A stretch of 64,000 nt of DNA from Bacteroidota bacterium (GTDB taxonomy: Bacteria > Bacteroidota > Bacteroidia > Chitinophagales > Chitinophagaceae): the NCBI GenBank assembly GCA_018267925.1, contig JAFDXO010000171.1, positions 1,084 through 65,083 on the forward strand. Direction: 5' to 3'. How positions within the stretch are numbered: the first letter of the stretch is position 1; every line of letters begins with the position of its first letter. Positions 18,625-28,897 of the stretch are shown here, one piece after another. The position numbers and the translations under genes were made by a program. Below the pieces are notes generated by a model that was given only the letters and a program-made list of their open reading frames with translations, was not told the origin of the DNA and ran no database searches.

Positions 18625-20394
18625 TTAATGTATGGATTTTTGCAAGTCTTCGTATGTATAAGTATCACCCATGATGCCTTCATTTAGTTTATAAATTTTC
18701 TGGCAAAACCGGAGTGAAGTATATCTGTGAGCAATGATAATAATCGTTAAATTTTCGTTTCCAAGTTGGTTAATTGCTTCAGTAATTTCTTCTTCTGTTT
18801 TTGTGTCAAGTGCAGAAGTTGCTTCATCAAAAACTAAAACTTGCGCACCTTTATATATTGCTCTTGCAATAGCGATTCGTTGCTTTTGCCCACCAGAAAG
18901 GTTGTTTCCTCGCTCAGTGAGAATTGTTTTGACACCTTCGGGCAATTCGTCAATCAAGGTGCGTAAGCTGGCTAAGTTGATAGCGTGTTGCAATTTTGCC
19001 TGATCTATCGTGTCATAAGTTTCTCCCAGTGCAATATTTTCCGCAAAGGTTGTGTTGAGTATAAACGCATCTTGGCGCACATAGCCTACAATTTTCCACC
19101 AGCTTTTGAAGGTGTCATTATTTAGTAAAGTATCATCTACATGAATGGTGCCTTCCGTCGGTTGTAAGAAGCCGAGAATATTATTGACTAAAGTAGATTT
19201 CCCAGAACCGGATTGCCCGATAATGCCTATTTTTTCTCCTTTTCGAATGGTGAGGTTACAATGTTTTAACACTCGCTTGTCAGAGTTGGGATAGTGATAG
19301 GATACATTGTCAAACTGAATTTGGTGATGAAAAGCCATCGGTTCACCGGTGTCATTATCAGGCTTAGATTCGGCAGTGCGTGAAAAATCAGGGTCTTTTA
19401 AAATAAATTCTGAAGAGGTAATGTTATTCATTGCCACGACAAAACGGTTTACTGATGGAATACTACGATAAGCTATTACAGAAAATAAAGTGATCGTTGT
19501 AACGATCGTGTTGACATCTTTAATTACATACACACCAAAAAGCAGAATGACGATGATGCAAAGAAATACAGCTACTTCAATAATGCGAGTAGGGATGAAT
19601 AGAATGAAATCAACTTTTGCCTGAAGGTTGCTATATTTTTTTGCAATAGACATAAACCTACTTTTAAAGTTTTTTTCTGTTCCGGCAATCTTAATATCTG
19701 TATAGCCAAAAATCATTTCTTGAGCACGTGCATGTAAGTAAATAAAGCTGTGATTTTTTTCATAACCAGCTTGCACTAACAGATGTTTTACCCGATAATA
19801 AAAATAGCCTACTGCGGGAATAAGCACACACACCAAGAGCAAAAACAATTGCCAATTCCAAAAACAAACAACGATGGTAGTTAACAAAAAGATCATTGCC
19901 TCATTGATGATAATCATCATGGAAATAGCCATGTTGCTACAAAGAGCGGCTTGTAGTTCCACCATTTTATTGACCCATGAGTTTGACGATTTGTCTAAAA
20001 TTTCGTGAAGAGGCCGGTCATAGACTTTGTTTAAAACATTTTCGGTGGAGCTTACAAATAAACTTCGAACAAAATTTACTTGTAGTTTATTGATATAAAG
20101 TCCAAAAAGGTTTTTAAGAATAATCAGTAAAAAGAATAGACCGACAGCGGTTAAAAGCAATTGTTCTTTTGATAGAGGAGCAAAAATAGGAACTGCTGCA
20201 ACCAACTTGGTTTGAAAGGTTTCAGATAGCACCAACCCAACTACGGGAATAACGAAGCCAAGCCCAATTAAATCACTTAATGAACTGAGAAAAGTAAAGA
20301 AAACTAACCACTTAAATTTTTTCTTTTGAGTAGGTGCAAAAATGGCGTGCAACTTCTTTAATGCCGAGAAGACATTGTTGTCTTTTAATTTCAT
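18625..20394 (-). CDS. fused permease/ATPase ABC exporter (MsbA-like)
   Basis: An N-terminal six-helix TMD is followed by Walker A GQSGSGKST, signature LSGGQKQR and Walker B VLVFDEATS. Confidence 0.9.
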   Translation of the reverse strand: MKLKDNNVFSALKKLHAIFAPTQKKKFKWLVFFTFLSSLSDLIGLGFVIPVVGLVLSETFQTKLVAAVPIFAPLSKEQLLLTAVGLFFLLIILKNLFGLYINKLQVNFVRSLFVSSTENVLNKVYDRPLHEILDKSSNSWVNKMVELQAALCSNMAISMMIIINEAMIFLLTTIVVCFWNWQLFLLLVCVLIPAVGYFYYRVKHLLVQAGYEKNHSFIYLHARAQEMIFGYTDIKIAGTEKNFKSRFMSIAKKYSNLQAKVDFILFIPTRIIEVAVFLCIIVILLFGVYVIKDVNTIVTTITLFSVIAYRSIPSVNRFVVAMNNITSSEFILKDPDFSRTAESKPDNDTGEPMAFHHQIQFDNVSYHYPNSDKRVLKHCNLTIRKGEKIGIIGQSGSGKSTLVNNILGFLQPTEGTIHVDDTLLNNDTFKSWWKIVGYVRQDAFILNTTFAENIALGETYDTIDQAKLQHAINLASLRTLIDELPEGVKTILTERGNNLSGGQKQRIAIARAIYKGAQVLVFDEATSALDTKTEEEITEAINQLGNENLTIIIIAHRYTSLRFCQKIYKLNEGIMGDTYTYEDLQKSIH

Positions 20395-20412
20395 GCGTGT
20401 TGTTTTCCAGCG

Positions 20413-22818
20413 TTATTTTTTAAAGAGTTTGTCAATGATTGTTCGTTTTCCCTCAGTTTCTTCATCAAAATAACCGCCATTGTAATGATAGCCATAGCCA
20501 TAAGAACCTCCATAGCCATAACCGTATTTTTTTAGGTATTCAACCCCATTGAAAATTATTGCTGCATTGGTAATTTTTTGTTCACGATACAATGAATCAA
20601 AAAGACTGATTTGGTCTTTCATAGTATAGGATTGGCGTACTACAAATAGGTTGATATCCGATTGTTTTGAAAGAATCAGCGCATCAGAAACCAAACCAAT
20701 TGGTGCTGTATCCATGATGATTACGTCAAACATTTCTTGTAGCTCATCAATTAATTGTTGGGCAGAAGGCAGCACTAAAAGCTCACCGGGGTTTGGTGGA
20801 ATAGGCCCGCAATTGGCGATATACAGGTTTTCATGAACGCCGGATGCTTTGATTACTTTTTCAATGCCCGCAATACCTGCTAAATAAGAACTGATTCCAC
20901 CTTCGTTATGAAGCCCTAAATAGCTTGAAAGTTTGGGTTTCCTTAAATCATATTCCATGATCACAACCCGCTTTTTCGCTAAGGTCATAGTAATGCCGAG
21001 GTTTAAAGAAATAAAGGTTTTCCCTTCACCACTCATGCTTGAAGTAACTAAATAAACCTTTTTACTTTGTGCAGCCGACATGAATTCAAGATTAGCTCGA
21101 ATCAATCGAAATTGCTCGGCTACTCCGGTTCGAATGTGCGGTCCTACTACAATTTGTTTTTTCTCTCCGTTTGGCGATCGTGCAATAGATCCAATTACAG
21201 GAATTGCTGTTGTGCCTTCTATATCTTTCTCGTTAATTACTTTGTTATTGAGCATGACACGAGTCACAATCACTAAGCCCGGTGCTAACAAGCCCAATAA
21301 AAATACCAGCGCATATACGTTTTTACGAACAGGTTGAATAGCTCCGTCTAAAGCATAAGGCGCAACGACAACCTTCGATTTGTTGGTTGCTGCATATTGG
21401 GCTATGTCATTTTCTACACCCCTTTGATAGAGGTATAAATAAATCTGTTGAAGTAAAGGATATTCTCGCTTTGTGTTATTAATACTTCGTTCAGCAGAGG
21501 GTATGGTGGACATAGAAGCAGAATATGCTGCTATACTTCGAGAAGCGTTTTGTATGCTGATGTTTAAAGATGCTATAACTCTATCGCAAGCATCGGCAAT
21601 GTTTTTTCGAGAAGCTGCAATATCATTTTTTATTTTTAGCAACGAAGGGTGCATGTATTCCACATTCCGTTCTAATAATTGCTTTTTTTCAACTAAGGCA
21701 TTATACTCCGTTACCAACCCTAAAATTACGGGATCAGTAACGCCCACACCGGCTATAAACTCATACCGACTTCCCGCTCCGTCAATTGCATTATCCTTCA
21801 GGGCTTGCACCGATTGTTTTTGTGCTAAAAGAGCCTGTACTTTGTCTTGTTCTGCGGCTTTGCCGGTTAGTATGGCACTTGCTTGAGACTTTAAATCAAC
21901 AATTTGATTTTGCGTTTTTATTTCTTCCTCAACGGAATCACGTGCTTGTAATTCATCAATATAATTGTGCGTTTGGAGGTTGATAAATTCTCTTGTTTTT
22001 TCAGCCGATTGGTTGAGATCTTCCAATTCCTTTTTTCGATAGAAATAGATCAAAACATTCATGAAATCAACGCCTCGCACCGGTATATTATCGGTATAAG
22101 CAAGGTTTAAAAGGCTGGTTCTGCCATCACTAACGTTTACTTTTAATACAGCAAGGGTTTGTTTTACTGCATTTTTTAAGGGCATTATATGTACGATGAT
22201 TTCTGTTCGGTTTAACAGGTATCCTTTGTTTACATTAGGTCCTTTGCGATAAACTATTTTAAATCTTCCCCAAGGGCGTTTTATCCAAGTGCCGAACAGT
22301 ATATTTGTTTGTGTTTCCCCTTCTGTAAACTCAAACATTCCTTCAACAATTTGTCGAATTTTTATTTCCTGTAAGGTGCTGCCAATATAGCCAAGAGAGT
22401 CAAACTCTATGATGATGGGGGATTTATCGTAAAGCTCGTCCAGTCGAACACGCCCTTTTGCCCAATATTGGATATTCATATTGAGTGAGTCAACAGCCGT
22501 GCCAACAAGGTCTTGAGAGGTAAGTAGGAAAATTTCGTTAAAAAGATTGGGAGCTGCGGCAGTGGCAGGATCTGTATTATCGCCCAGTTTATTGACCACA
22601 CTTCCTACACCTGATTTTTGTTTGTCTTCCACAAGCAACATGCTGGAAATGGAATAAAGTGGAGTGGTATAACGCAAATACAAATAACCACATGCAGTTG
22701 TGATTATAATTGAGATAATAAACCAATGCCATTTACTGACTAATGCACCTAAAATCCGTTTGAAATCAATTCCGGAATTTAACTGCCTGAGCGTGTCCGA
22801 TATTTGGTTGTTCTCCAT
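20413..22818 (-). CDS. polysaccharide co-polymerase / tyrosine autokinase (Wzc-like)
   Basis: A Wzz-type N-terminal domain with two TM helices, a Walker A-like SSMSGEGKT, a DTAP box and a Tyr-rich tail YGYGYGGSYGYGYHY. The first ATG is at 22818. Confidence 0.9.
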   Translation of the reverse strand: MENNQISDTLRQLNSGIDFKRILGALVSKWHWFIISIIITTACGYLYLRYTTPLYSISSMLLVEDKQKSGVGSVVNKLGDNTDPATAAAPNLFNEIFLLTSQDLVGTAVDSLNMNIQYWAKGRVRLDELYDKSPIIIEFDSLGYIGSTLQEIKIRQIVEGMFEFTEGETQTNILFGTWIKRPWGRFKIVYRKGPNVNKGYLLNRTEIIVHIMPLKNAVKQTLAVLKVNVSDGRTSLLNLAYTDNIPVRGVDFMNVLIYFYRKKELEDLNQSAEKTREFINLQTHNYIDELQARDSVEEEIKTQNQIVDLKSQASAILTGKAAEQDKVQALLAQKQSVQALKDNAIDGAGSRYEFIAGVGVTDPVILGLVTEYNALVEKKQLLERNVEYMHPSLLKIKNDIAASRKNIADACDRVIASLNISIQNASRSIAAYSASMSTIPSAERSINNTKREYPLLQQIYLYLYQRGVENDIAQYAATNKSKVVVAPYALDGAIQPVRKNVYALVFLLGLLAPGLVIVTRVMLNNKVINEKDIEGTTAIPVIGSIARSPNGEKKQIVVGPHIRTGVAEQFRLIRANLEFMSAAQSKKVYLVTSSMSGEGKTFISLNLGITMTLAKKRVVIMEYDLRKPKLSSYLGLHNEGGISSYLAGIAGIEKVIKASGVHENLYIANCGPIPPNPGELLVLPSAQQLIDELQEMFDVIIMDTAPIGLVSDALILSKQSDINLFVVRQSYTMKDQISLFDSLYREQKITNAAIIFNGVEYLKKYGYGYGGSYGYGYHYNGGYFDEETEGKRTIIDKLFKK

Positions 22819-22838
22819 GGGCGCGGTAGGCAATTGGG

Positions 22839-23654
22839 TTATTTAGTAGTAAGTTGTATGATACCGTAAACTGCTAATAAGGTGGACATTAATGAACTAA
22901 TTGCAGGAAGGTAGAATCTAAAGAAATCACTGCCTTCTTGTTTACGAGAACGTGCCGGTTCAACATAAATGACATCGTTTTGCTTTAAATAGAAATAGGG
23001 ACTATTAAACGCTTCTTTGCTGTTCAGGTTAATGTGTGCAAATTCTCGTACTCCTTCATTTTCCCTAATAATAGTAATGTTGTCTTTTCGTCCGGTAATA
23101 GGGATATCGCCCGCAGCAGCTATGGCATCAATGATACTTATTTTATGGTTAGGAGCCATTATGGTTCCGGGCCTATTTACTTCACCTAATATAGTGATCC
23201 TGTAGTTTACAATTCTGATTTCTACTACGGGTTCTTTTACGATGCTTCGAAGTTTTCCAGAAATTGCATCTTTCGCTTGGCGAATGGTTAATCCGCCGAC
23301 CTTTGTTTTCCCTAAAAAGGGGTAGTCAATCAAGCCGGAAGCATCTACCAAATAACCATTTGCATTAGTACTTGCGCCACCTAATGTAGCTGTGGTCGCA
23401 AAAGGTGTTCCTCCACCATTAAAAATAGCAACTGTTGTGTTTCCTTTGTCTTCTACCAATGAGCTGGGTGAAGTTACATTGATGGCTAAGATATCATCAG
23501 GCTGAATAATTGCCTCTTTAAAACGATCCATTTTTTGTGTTGTAACGGTTGGATCTAAGGGGGTATTTTCTCTAAAGTAAACACTCCTTTTCGGACCTGT
23601 ACATGAGGTGGCTAACAGTACAACTGCTATAAGGAATACATATATTCGGTGCAT
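22839..23654 (-). CDS. polysaccharide export outer-membrane protein (Wza-like, Poly_export + SLBB)
   Basis: A lipoprotein-like signal (LLATSC) is followed by IQPDDILAINV and SLBB-type motifs. It is the first gene of the locus. Confidence 0.9.
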   Translation of the reverse strand: MHRIYVFLIAVVLLATSCTGPKRSVYFRENTPLDPTVTTQKMDRFKEAIIQPDDILAINVTSPSSLVEDKGNTTVAIFNGGGTPFATTATLGGASTNANGYLVDASGLIDYPFLGKTKVGGLTIRQAKDAISGKLRSIVKEPVVEIRIVNYRITILGEVNRPGTIMAPNHKISIIDAIAAAGDIPITGRKDNITIIRENEGVREFAHINLNSKEAFNSPYFYLKQNDVIYVEPARSRKQEGSDFFRFYLPAISSLMSTLLAVYGIIQLTTK

Positions 23655-23968
23655 GGGTGCGTAAGTTGCTGTGCGATAAAAAAATATTTTTTCATTTTGG
23701 TACTAATAAAACCATGTTCTAATAGTTTGATAAGCACTATTTCTACCTCTCAGGTTCTTTCACTTTTTTTATTGCTTTGCAAAATAAACTGAAAACTGAA
23801 TAATGTCTAAACGAAATTCAGTATGAACTTGTTGTTATTAACAAGTTATCCACTTGTTGTGCACACTTGTTTCCATTTGGTGCATGACGAAACTTGGATA
23901 TTGATATGTAGATAGAAAAAAAGTTATCAATTAGGTTTATTGTTGTGTGCCTGAAGATTGGCATCTGT

Positions 23969-24616
23969 TTAGGGTGCTAAGCGAACTTTATTCCAACCAT
24001 TATTAGATAAGGTGAAGCATATTCTATCGTGCATTCGGCTACTTCTGCCTTGCCAAAACTCTATACGCTGGGGCAAAACTCGAAAGCCACCCCAAAAGGG
24101 AGGACGTGGAATATTGTTCCCATATTGCTTGGCGTATTTTGAATAATTGGCTTCTATCTCTGAACGGTTAGAAATTGGTCGGCTTTGTGGTGATGCCCAT
24201 GCGCCTATTCGGCTGCCTTCTGGTCTGGATTGAAAATATTCATCACTTTCAGCTTCAGAAACTTTTTCAACCCATCCTTCAATGCGCACTTGTCGCTCTA
24301 ATTCCGGCCAAAAAAATACCAAAGCAGCTGCGCTTTTAGCCTCAAGCTGATGTCCTTTGTCGCTATCATAATTGCTAAAAAAAACGAAACCACTTTTGTC
24401 CAGTGCCTTTAACAAAACAATACGTGCATGAGGTTGATTATGAACATCAACAGTCGCTAACGTCATAGCATTTACTTCTCGAACATGCGCTTGTTCTGCT
24501 TCAGTAAACCATCGCGAAAAAAACAATAAAGGATCGCTTCCGGTCTGTTTTTCATCTAACTCGGCCAAGCGATACTCCGTTCGAATGTCGGCTATGTGTT
24601 TTGAAGACAAGCTCAA
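23969..24616 (-). CDS. pdxH: pyridoxamine 5'-phosphate oxidase
   Basis: The C-terminal signature is RIEFWQGR.SR.HDR, and the 215-aa length is typical. Confidence 0.9.
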   Translation of the reverse strand: MSLSSKHIADIRTEYRLAELDEKQTGSDPLLFFSRWFTEAEQAHVREVNAMTLATVDVHNQPHARIVLLKALDKSGFVFFSNYDSDKGHQLEAKSAAALVFFWPELERQVRIEGWVEKVSEAESDEYFQSRPEGSRIGAWASPQSRPISNRSEIEANYSKYAKQYGNNIPRPPFWGGFRVLPQRIEFWQGRSSRMHDRICFTLSNNGWNKVRLAP

Positions 24617-24617
24617 A

Positions 24618-24851
24618 CTATTTGTCAGTACGTGATCCTAAATATTTAGCCATAACATAAATGAGTTCTATGGCAAGCAGGATGGTGAAAATATAAGTTA
24701 ATGTCCAACCAATATGATATTGAATAGAATCGTAAAACGCATTGAGTAGTATGCCTTTCATTGCTGTGAATAAATTTGCCGCAAGATACAAAATACGCTC
24801 AAAAAACAGATAGAGGAAGAATTTTAGCTTTTTGTGATTAATTTCCCGCAT
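24618..24851 (-). CDS. small hydrophobic protein, unknown function
   Basis: A 77-aa ORF with two hydrophobic segments, ending 1 nt upstream of the pdxH start. I see no recognisable motif. Confidence 0.35.
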   Translation of the reverse strand: MREINHKKLKFFLYLFFERILYLAANLFTAMKGILLNAFYDSIQYHIGWTLTYIFTILLAIELIYVMAKYLGSRTDK

Positions 24852-24868
24852 CGTAGCATTGCAATCTC

Positions 24869-26083
24869 ATGCTTTTACGCCATGTAGCATTTCTAAAGAC
24901 GGTATTTTTCTATGCCCTTACGGCTTTCGGTGGCCCGCAAGGGCATATTGGCATGATGGTCAAGAGTTTTGTGCAGAAACGCCATGATGTTACCGAAGAA
25001 GAGTTGCTGGAATATAATGCGTTTTGCCAAATGTTGCCTGGTCCATCTTCTACGCAAACTGTTATGCTAATTGCTATGAAACGTGGAGGCATACCCTTGG
25101 CTATTCTTACTTTATTACTTTGGGTTTTGCCTGCTGCAAGTTTAATGGGGCTTTTTTCTTTCCTGATTTATTATTTCAACGCAAAGGATATTCTTCCCAA
25201 TTTGTTCATGTATGTACAGCCGATGTCTGTTGGGTTTATTGCTTATGCGGCGGTAAAAATGATGAAGTCGAGCGTTTCGCACTTTGCAACAAGTGCTATC
25301 ATGATAGGTTCAGCTATTGTCACTATATTGATTCGTTCACCCTGGATTTTCCCTGTCATTCTTTTACTTGCGGGCACTATCAGTAATTTCAGTAGCAATC
25401 GAATTCCTGCAACTAATGAAAAACCCAAACCTATTCGGTGGGTTAATATTTGGCTTTTTGCAGTGGTATTTTTGGTTGCCGGTATTTTGTCGGAATTAGC
25501 ACGTGTACATCATTGGAAGCACGCAATTTTATTCAACCTGTTTGAAAACTTCTACCGATTTGGTGCAATTGTTTTTGGTGGTGGGCAAGCATTGGTGCCC
25601 ATGATGCTTTATCAGTTTGTCAATCATCCGCTTCAGTTACATCGTGAGCCTTTGTTATCATCTGCGGAGCTTCTCACCGGCTATGGTATGGTGCAGGCGG
25701 TTCCGGGGCCTGTTTTTTCGGTTTGTAGTTTTGTTGGGGGAATGGTGATGAGTCACTATGGTGTGTCTTGGCAAATCTTAGGCTGTATAATTGGTACCGT
25801 AGGTGTTTTTTTGCCCAGCACATTATTGTTGTTTTTCTTATTCCCCCTGTATCAAAATCTCAGGCAACACGTCGTTATTTATCGCGCACTCGAAGGGCTC
25901 AATGCCGCTGTAGTAGGGATTATCATGGCATCAGGCATTGTTTTGTTTCAAGTTATGGAATTTGAATGGCTCAATGTGGTTGTGGTGCTGATAACGTTTG
26001 CACTTTTGAAGTTTACCAAAATTCCCCCTCCTCTGATTGTTCTGGGTTGGCTGCTTTTGGGTTGGGCTATGAATTCTTATTGA
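24869..26083 (+). CDS. chrA: chromate transporter (ChrA family, duplicated CHR domain)
   Basis: [11 protein letters not shown] in the N-terminal half and [11 protein letters not shown] in the second half are diagnostic of the duplicated chromate transporter fold. Confidence 0.85.
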   Translation: MLLRHVAFLKTVFFYALTAFGGPQGHIGMMVKSFVQKRHDVTEEELLEYNAFCQMLPGPSSTQTVMLIAMKRGGIPLAILTLLLWVLPAASLMGLFSFLIYYFNAKDILPNLFMYVQPMSVGFIAYAAVKMMKSSVSHFATSAIMIGSAIVTILIRSPWIFPVILLLAGTISNFSSNRIPATNEKPKPIRWVNIWLFAVVFLVAGILSELARVHHWKHAILFNLFENFYRFGAIVFGGGQALVPMMLYQFVNHPLQLHREPLLSSAELLTGYGMVQAVPGPVFSVCSFVGGMVMSHYGVSWQILGCIIGTVGVFLPSTLLLFFLFPLYQNLRQHVVIYRALEGLNAAVVGIIMASGIVLFQVMEFEWLNVVVVLITFALLKFTKIPPPLIVLGWLLLGWAMNSY

Positions 26084-26089
26084 GTAGGT

Positions 26090-26719
26090 TTAAGGTTCTT
26101 GTAAAAGGGCTTTAATGTCTCCAATTAATTGGTTTACCGAACCCACATTGGTTCCTTCATATTGCCCGCGGATATGTCCGGTTTTGTCCACTAAAACGAA
26201 ACGATCGGTGTGTATAAAGTCGCTCTGAATATCTGTGGTTGCCGTATCGTCGGCAGCAGTAACCAAATAGCTATATCTTGCCATATCGTACAATTCCTTT
26301 TTGTCTCCGGTTAAGAATTTCCATTGTTTGGGGTCGGCTTCATAGCGAAGAGAATATTCTTTTAAAGCAGCAATTGTGTCTTTTAATGGGTCAACTGTGT
26401 GTGATAAAATCATGACTTGATTATTTCCTCGAAAAGCTTCATAGACCTTGTGCATGTTTTCGTTCATCTTTGGGCAAATTCCCTTGCAGGTAGTGAAAAA
26501 ATATTCAACTACATAAGTTTTACCAAGAACATCTTTATCAGTTACCGTTTTGCCATCTTGGTCAATAAAAGAAAAGGAACGAACTCTATGGTCCCCTTCA
26601 CCTAAAGTGGGTAAACGTTTGGGTTGTTCTCTATTAACCTTGTAGTAATAGGTCATAAATGCAGCACTAAGCAGAATAAAGAAACTGAGCAGAATGAGTG
26701 TGGTCTTTTTGTTTTGCAT
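26090..26719 (-). CDS. SCO1/SenC family copper chaperone / thiol-disulfide protein
   Basis: An N-terminal TM anchor, a CKGICP (CxxxC) motif and a later conserved His (SHTVDP). The first ATG is at 26719. Confidence 0.85.
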   Translation of the reverse strand: MQNKKTTLILLSFFILLSAAFMTYYYKVNREQPKRLPTLGEGDHRVRSFSFIDQDGKTVTDKDVLGKTYVVEYFFTTCKGICPKMNENMHKVYEAFRGNNQVMILSHTVDPLKDTIAALKEYSLRYEADPKQWKFLTGDKKELYDMARYSYLVTAADDTATTDIQSDFIHTDRFVLVDKTGHIRGQYEGTNVGSVNQLIGDIKALLQEP

Positions 26720-26743
26720 CACCTTGATTTTTGCGCGGCAAAG

Positions 26744-27961
26744 TTACCGCTCGTACGTTCTTTTTCTAACAATACTTTTGTTTGATTGAGGAATGGCAGT
26801 TTGCCATAGAAGAAATAGTAAACCCAATACAGCAGCTACTAACGAAGCCATCATCACACTGACTTTTGCTATGGTTTGCCCAGTTATGTCGTCAAAGGCA
26901 AGCATTGAAATAAAAATAGAAATTGTAAAACCTACACCGGCAAGAATGCTCATCCCCAAAATTTGCATCCAGCTAATATTTGCAGATTTTTGAGCCAATC
27001 TTGATTTTACAACTAAATAGCAACAACCAAAAATGCCAATCGGTTTGCCTAATACTAATCCCATCGTGATGCCATGGTGCAAGTTTGATTGAAATACAAA
27101 AGACATTTTTTCAGGGAGTACAATAGCTGTATTCGCTAAGGCAAAAATGGGGAGTATGAAAAAATTGACAGGGTTATGAAGTCTATGTTCAACTTTTTCA
27201 CCCTTGTCTAAGGGAAGGCAAAATGCAAGTAACACTCCGGCAATTGTAGCATGAACACCAGAGTTGAAAACAAAATACCACAATATTATACCCGAAACAA
27301 AATACAATATCAGTTTTCGAACATTAAAGATATTCAGCAGGATGAGAAAAGTAGTAACCACTCCGGCATAAAGCAAGTAGTTTAAGCGAATATCGTTGGT
27401 ATAAAAAATGGCAATCGTAAGAATTCCGCCTAAATCATCAATAATAGCTAAGGCAGTTAGTAATATTCGTAATGAAGCCGGCACTCTATTTCCTAATATG
27501 GAAAGAATGCCCAATGAAAATGCAATATCCGTAGCCATAGGAATACCCCAACCGTGGCTATAGATAGAGTTACCGCACCAAACCATGTAAAATAGTGCTG
27601 GTACAGCCATTCCACCTATAGCACCGGCAATTGGCAACAAAGATTTTTTTATGCTACTAAGGTCTCCTTTTAAAAGTTCTCGTTTGATTTCCAACCCAAC
27701 CAAAAAAAAGAAAACAGCCATCAGACCATCATTCACCCAATGCAATATGGAATGAGGCAAATGAAGCATCCCTAAAGTGTTTCCCAATTCTTCATTCCAA
27801 AAGGAAAGATAGGCATCACTGCCACTGCTATTAGACCAAAACAGAGAAATGATAGTGCAAAAAAGCAATAATATGCCCACCATTCTACTGTCTTTAAACA
27901 ATTGACGTATGCTCCACAATATTGAAGTAGAGGAGTCGTGCTTGTTGTTTACTTTTATCAT
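26744..27961 (-). CDS. nhaA: Na+/H+ antiporter NhaA
   Basis: Polytopic, with FFF.VGLEIKRE, ATDIAF and ALAIIDDLG motifs characteristic of NhaA. Confidence 0.9.
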   Translation of the reverse strand: MIKVNNKHDSSTSILWSIRQLFKDSRMVGILLLFCTIISLFWSNSSGSDAYLSFWNEELGNTLGMLHLPHSILHWVNDGLMAVFFFLVGLEIKRELLKGDLSSIKKSLLPIAGAIGGMAVPALFYMVWCGNSIYSHGWGIPMATDIAFSLGILSILGNRVPASLRILLTALAIIDDLGGILTIAIFYTNDIRLNYLLYAGVVTTFLILLNIFNVRKLILYFVSGIILWYFVFNSGVHATIAGVLLAFCLPLDKGEKVEHRLHNPVNFFILPIFALANTAIVLPEKMSFVFQSNLHHGITMGLVLGKPIGIFGCCYLVVKSRLAQKSANISWMQILGMSILAGVGFTISIFISMLAFDDITGQTIAKVSVMMASLVAAVLGLLFLLWQTAIPQSNKSIVRKRTYER

Positions 27962-28147
27962 AAAGGAAAGTTTAGGGTAAATATTTTCAACTGCATTTCA
28001 AAGGAAGCAATGAAAATGGATAGGAAAAATGTACAAAAGCTGTTTTCTATTTTCAAGTAAATGTATTTCACTTTATTTTTCCTATTTTTAAATGAAGCAA
28101 AAGGGCTGCATCTTTTCCGGTTCGAAACAAAAAATAATCAAACCCGA

Positions 28148-28897
28148 ATGAAAAATAAACATCTTTTTTTCTCCCTGCTTATGGTTTTGGCATCGCTACT
28201 GAATGCTTGCCACAAACCGCTTTTCATCAGCAGCCACACCAATCATTTCTATACCATATCCAATCAGTATGCGGCAGATAGCGCTATGGTACAAATGCTA
28301 AGACCCTATAAAATTGGCGTTGATACACAAATGCAAGTTGTAATTGGTTATTCTGATGTGCCACTGACTAAGGCTCAACCGGAATCTACCTTGGGAAATT
28401 TTATGGCTGATGCACAATTGAAAAAGGCTCAATCAATAGATAGAAAAGTGGTAGGATCGGTTGTCAATTATGGTGGTGTACGATTGCCTTATGTAGCTCC
28501 GGGTGCATTAACTCGGGGAAAAATGTACGAATTAATGCCCTTTGATAATGTGCTGACTATTGTAGAAATGCCCGGAAGCGATTTACGTCAATTTTGTGAT
28601 TTTATGGCTATACGAAAAGGCTGGCCAATTAGCGGGATTACCTACCTTATTAAAGATAAAGCCGCCGCAGATATTCGGGTGGACGGATTGCCCTTAAATG
28701 ATAATGTGGTTTATAAAATAGCTATGGGAGATTATATAGCTAATGGTGGAGATAATGCAGATTTTATACGCCCACTTAAAAGAAAAAATACGGGTGTTTT
28801 TATTCGAGATGCCATGATTGAATATGTAGAACAACTTCAAGCCAAAAACATCCACCTTCATCTAAACATTGAAAAGAGAGTACAATATGCAGAATAG
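28148..28897 (+). CDS. lipoprotein with 5'-nucleotidase C-terminal (substrate-binding) domain
   Basis: A lipobox (LLNAC) is followed by GNFMADA, GG.R and YEL.PFDN motifs of the UshA C-terminal domain. The first ATG after the TTG-extended ORF is at 28148. Confidence 0.75.
   Translation: MKNKHLFFSLLMVLASLLNACHKPLFISSHTNHFYTISNQYAADSAMVQMLRPYKIGVDTQMQVVIGYSDVPLTKAQPESTLGNFMADAQLKKAQSIDRKVVGSVVNYGGVRLPYVAPGALTRGKMYELMPFDNVLTIVEMPGSDLRQFCDFMAIRKGWPISGITYLIKDKAAADIRVDGLPLNDNVVYKIAMGDYIANGGDNADFIRPLKRKNTGVFIRDAMIEYVEQLQAKNIHLHLNIEKRVQYAE

Noticed and set aside
23846-23853. TTATCCAC as evidence for oriC upstream of wza
   Set aside because: It is a single 8-mer with no cluster of boxes and no adjacent unwinding element. 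It is better explained as part of the ACTTGTT/AACAAGT motif array.
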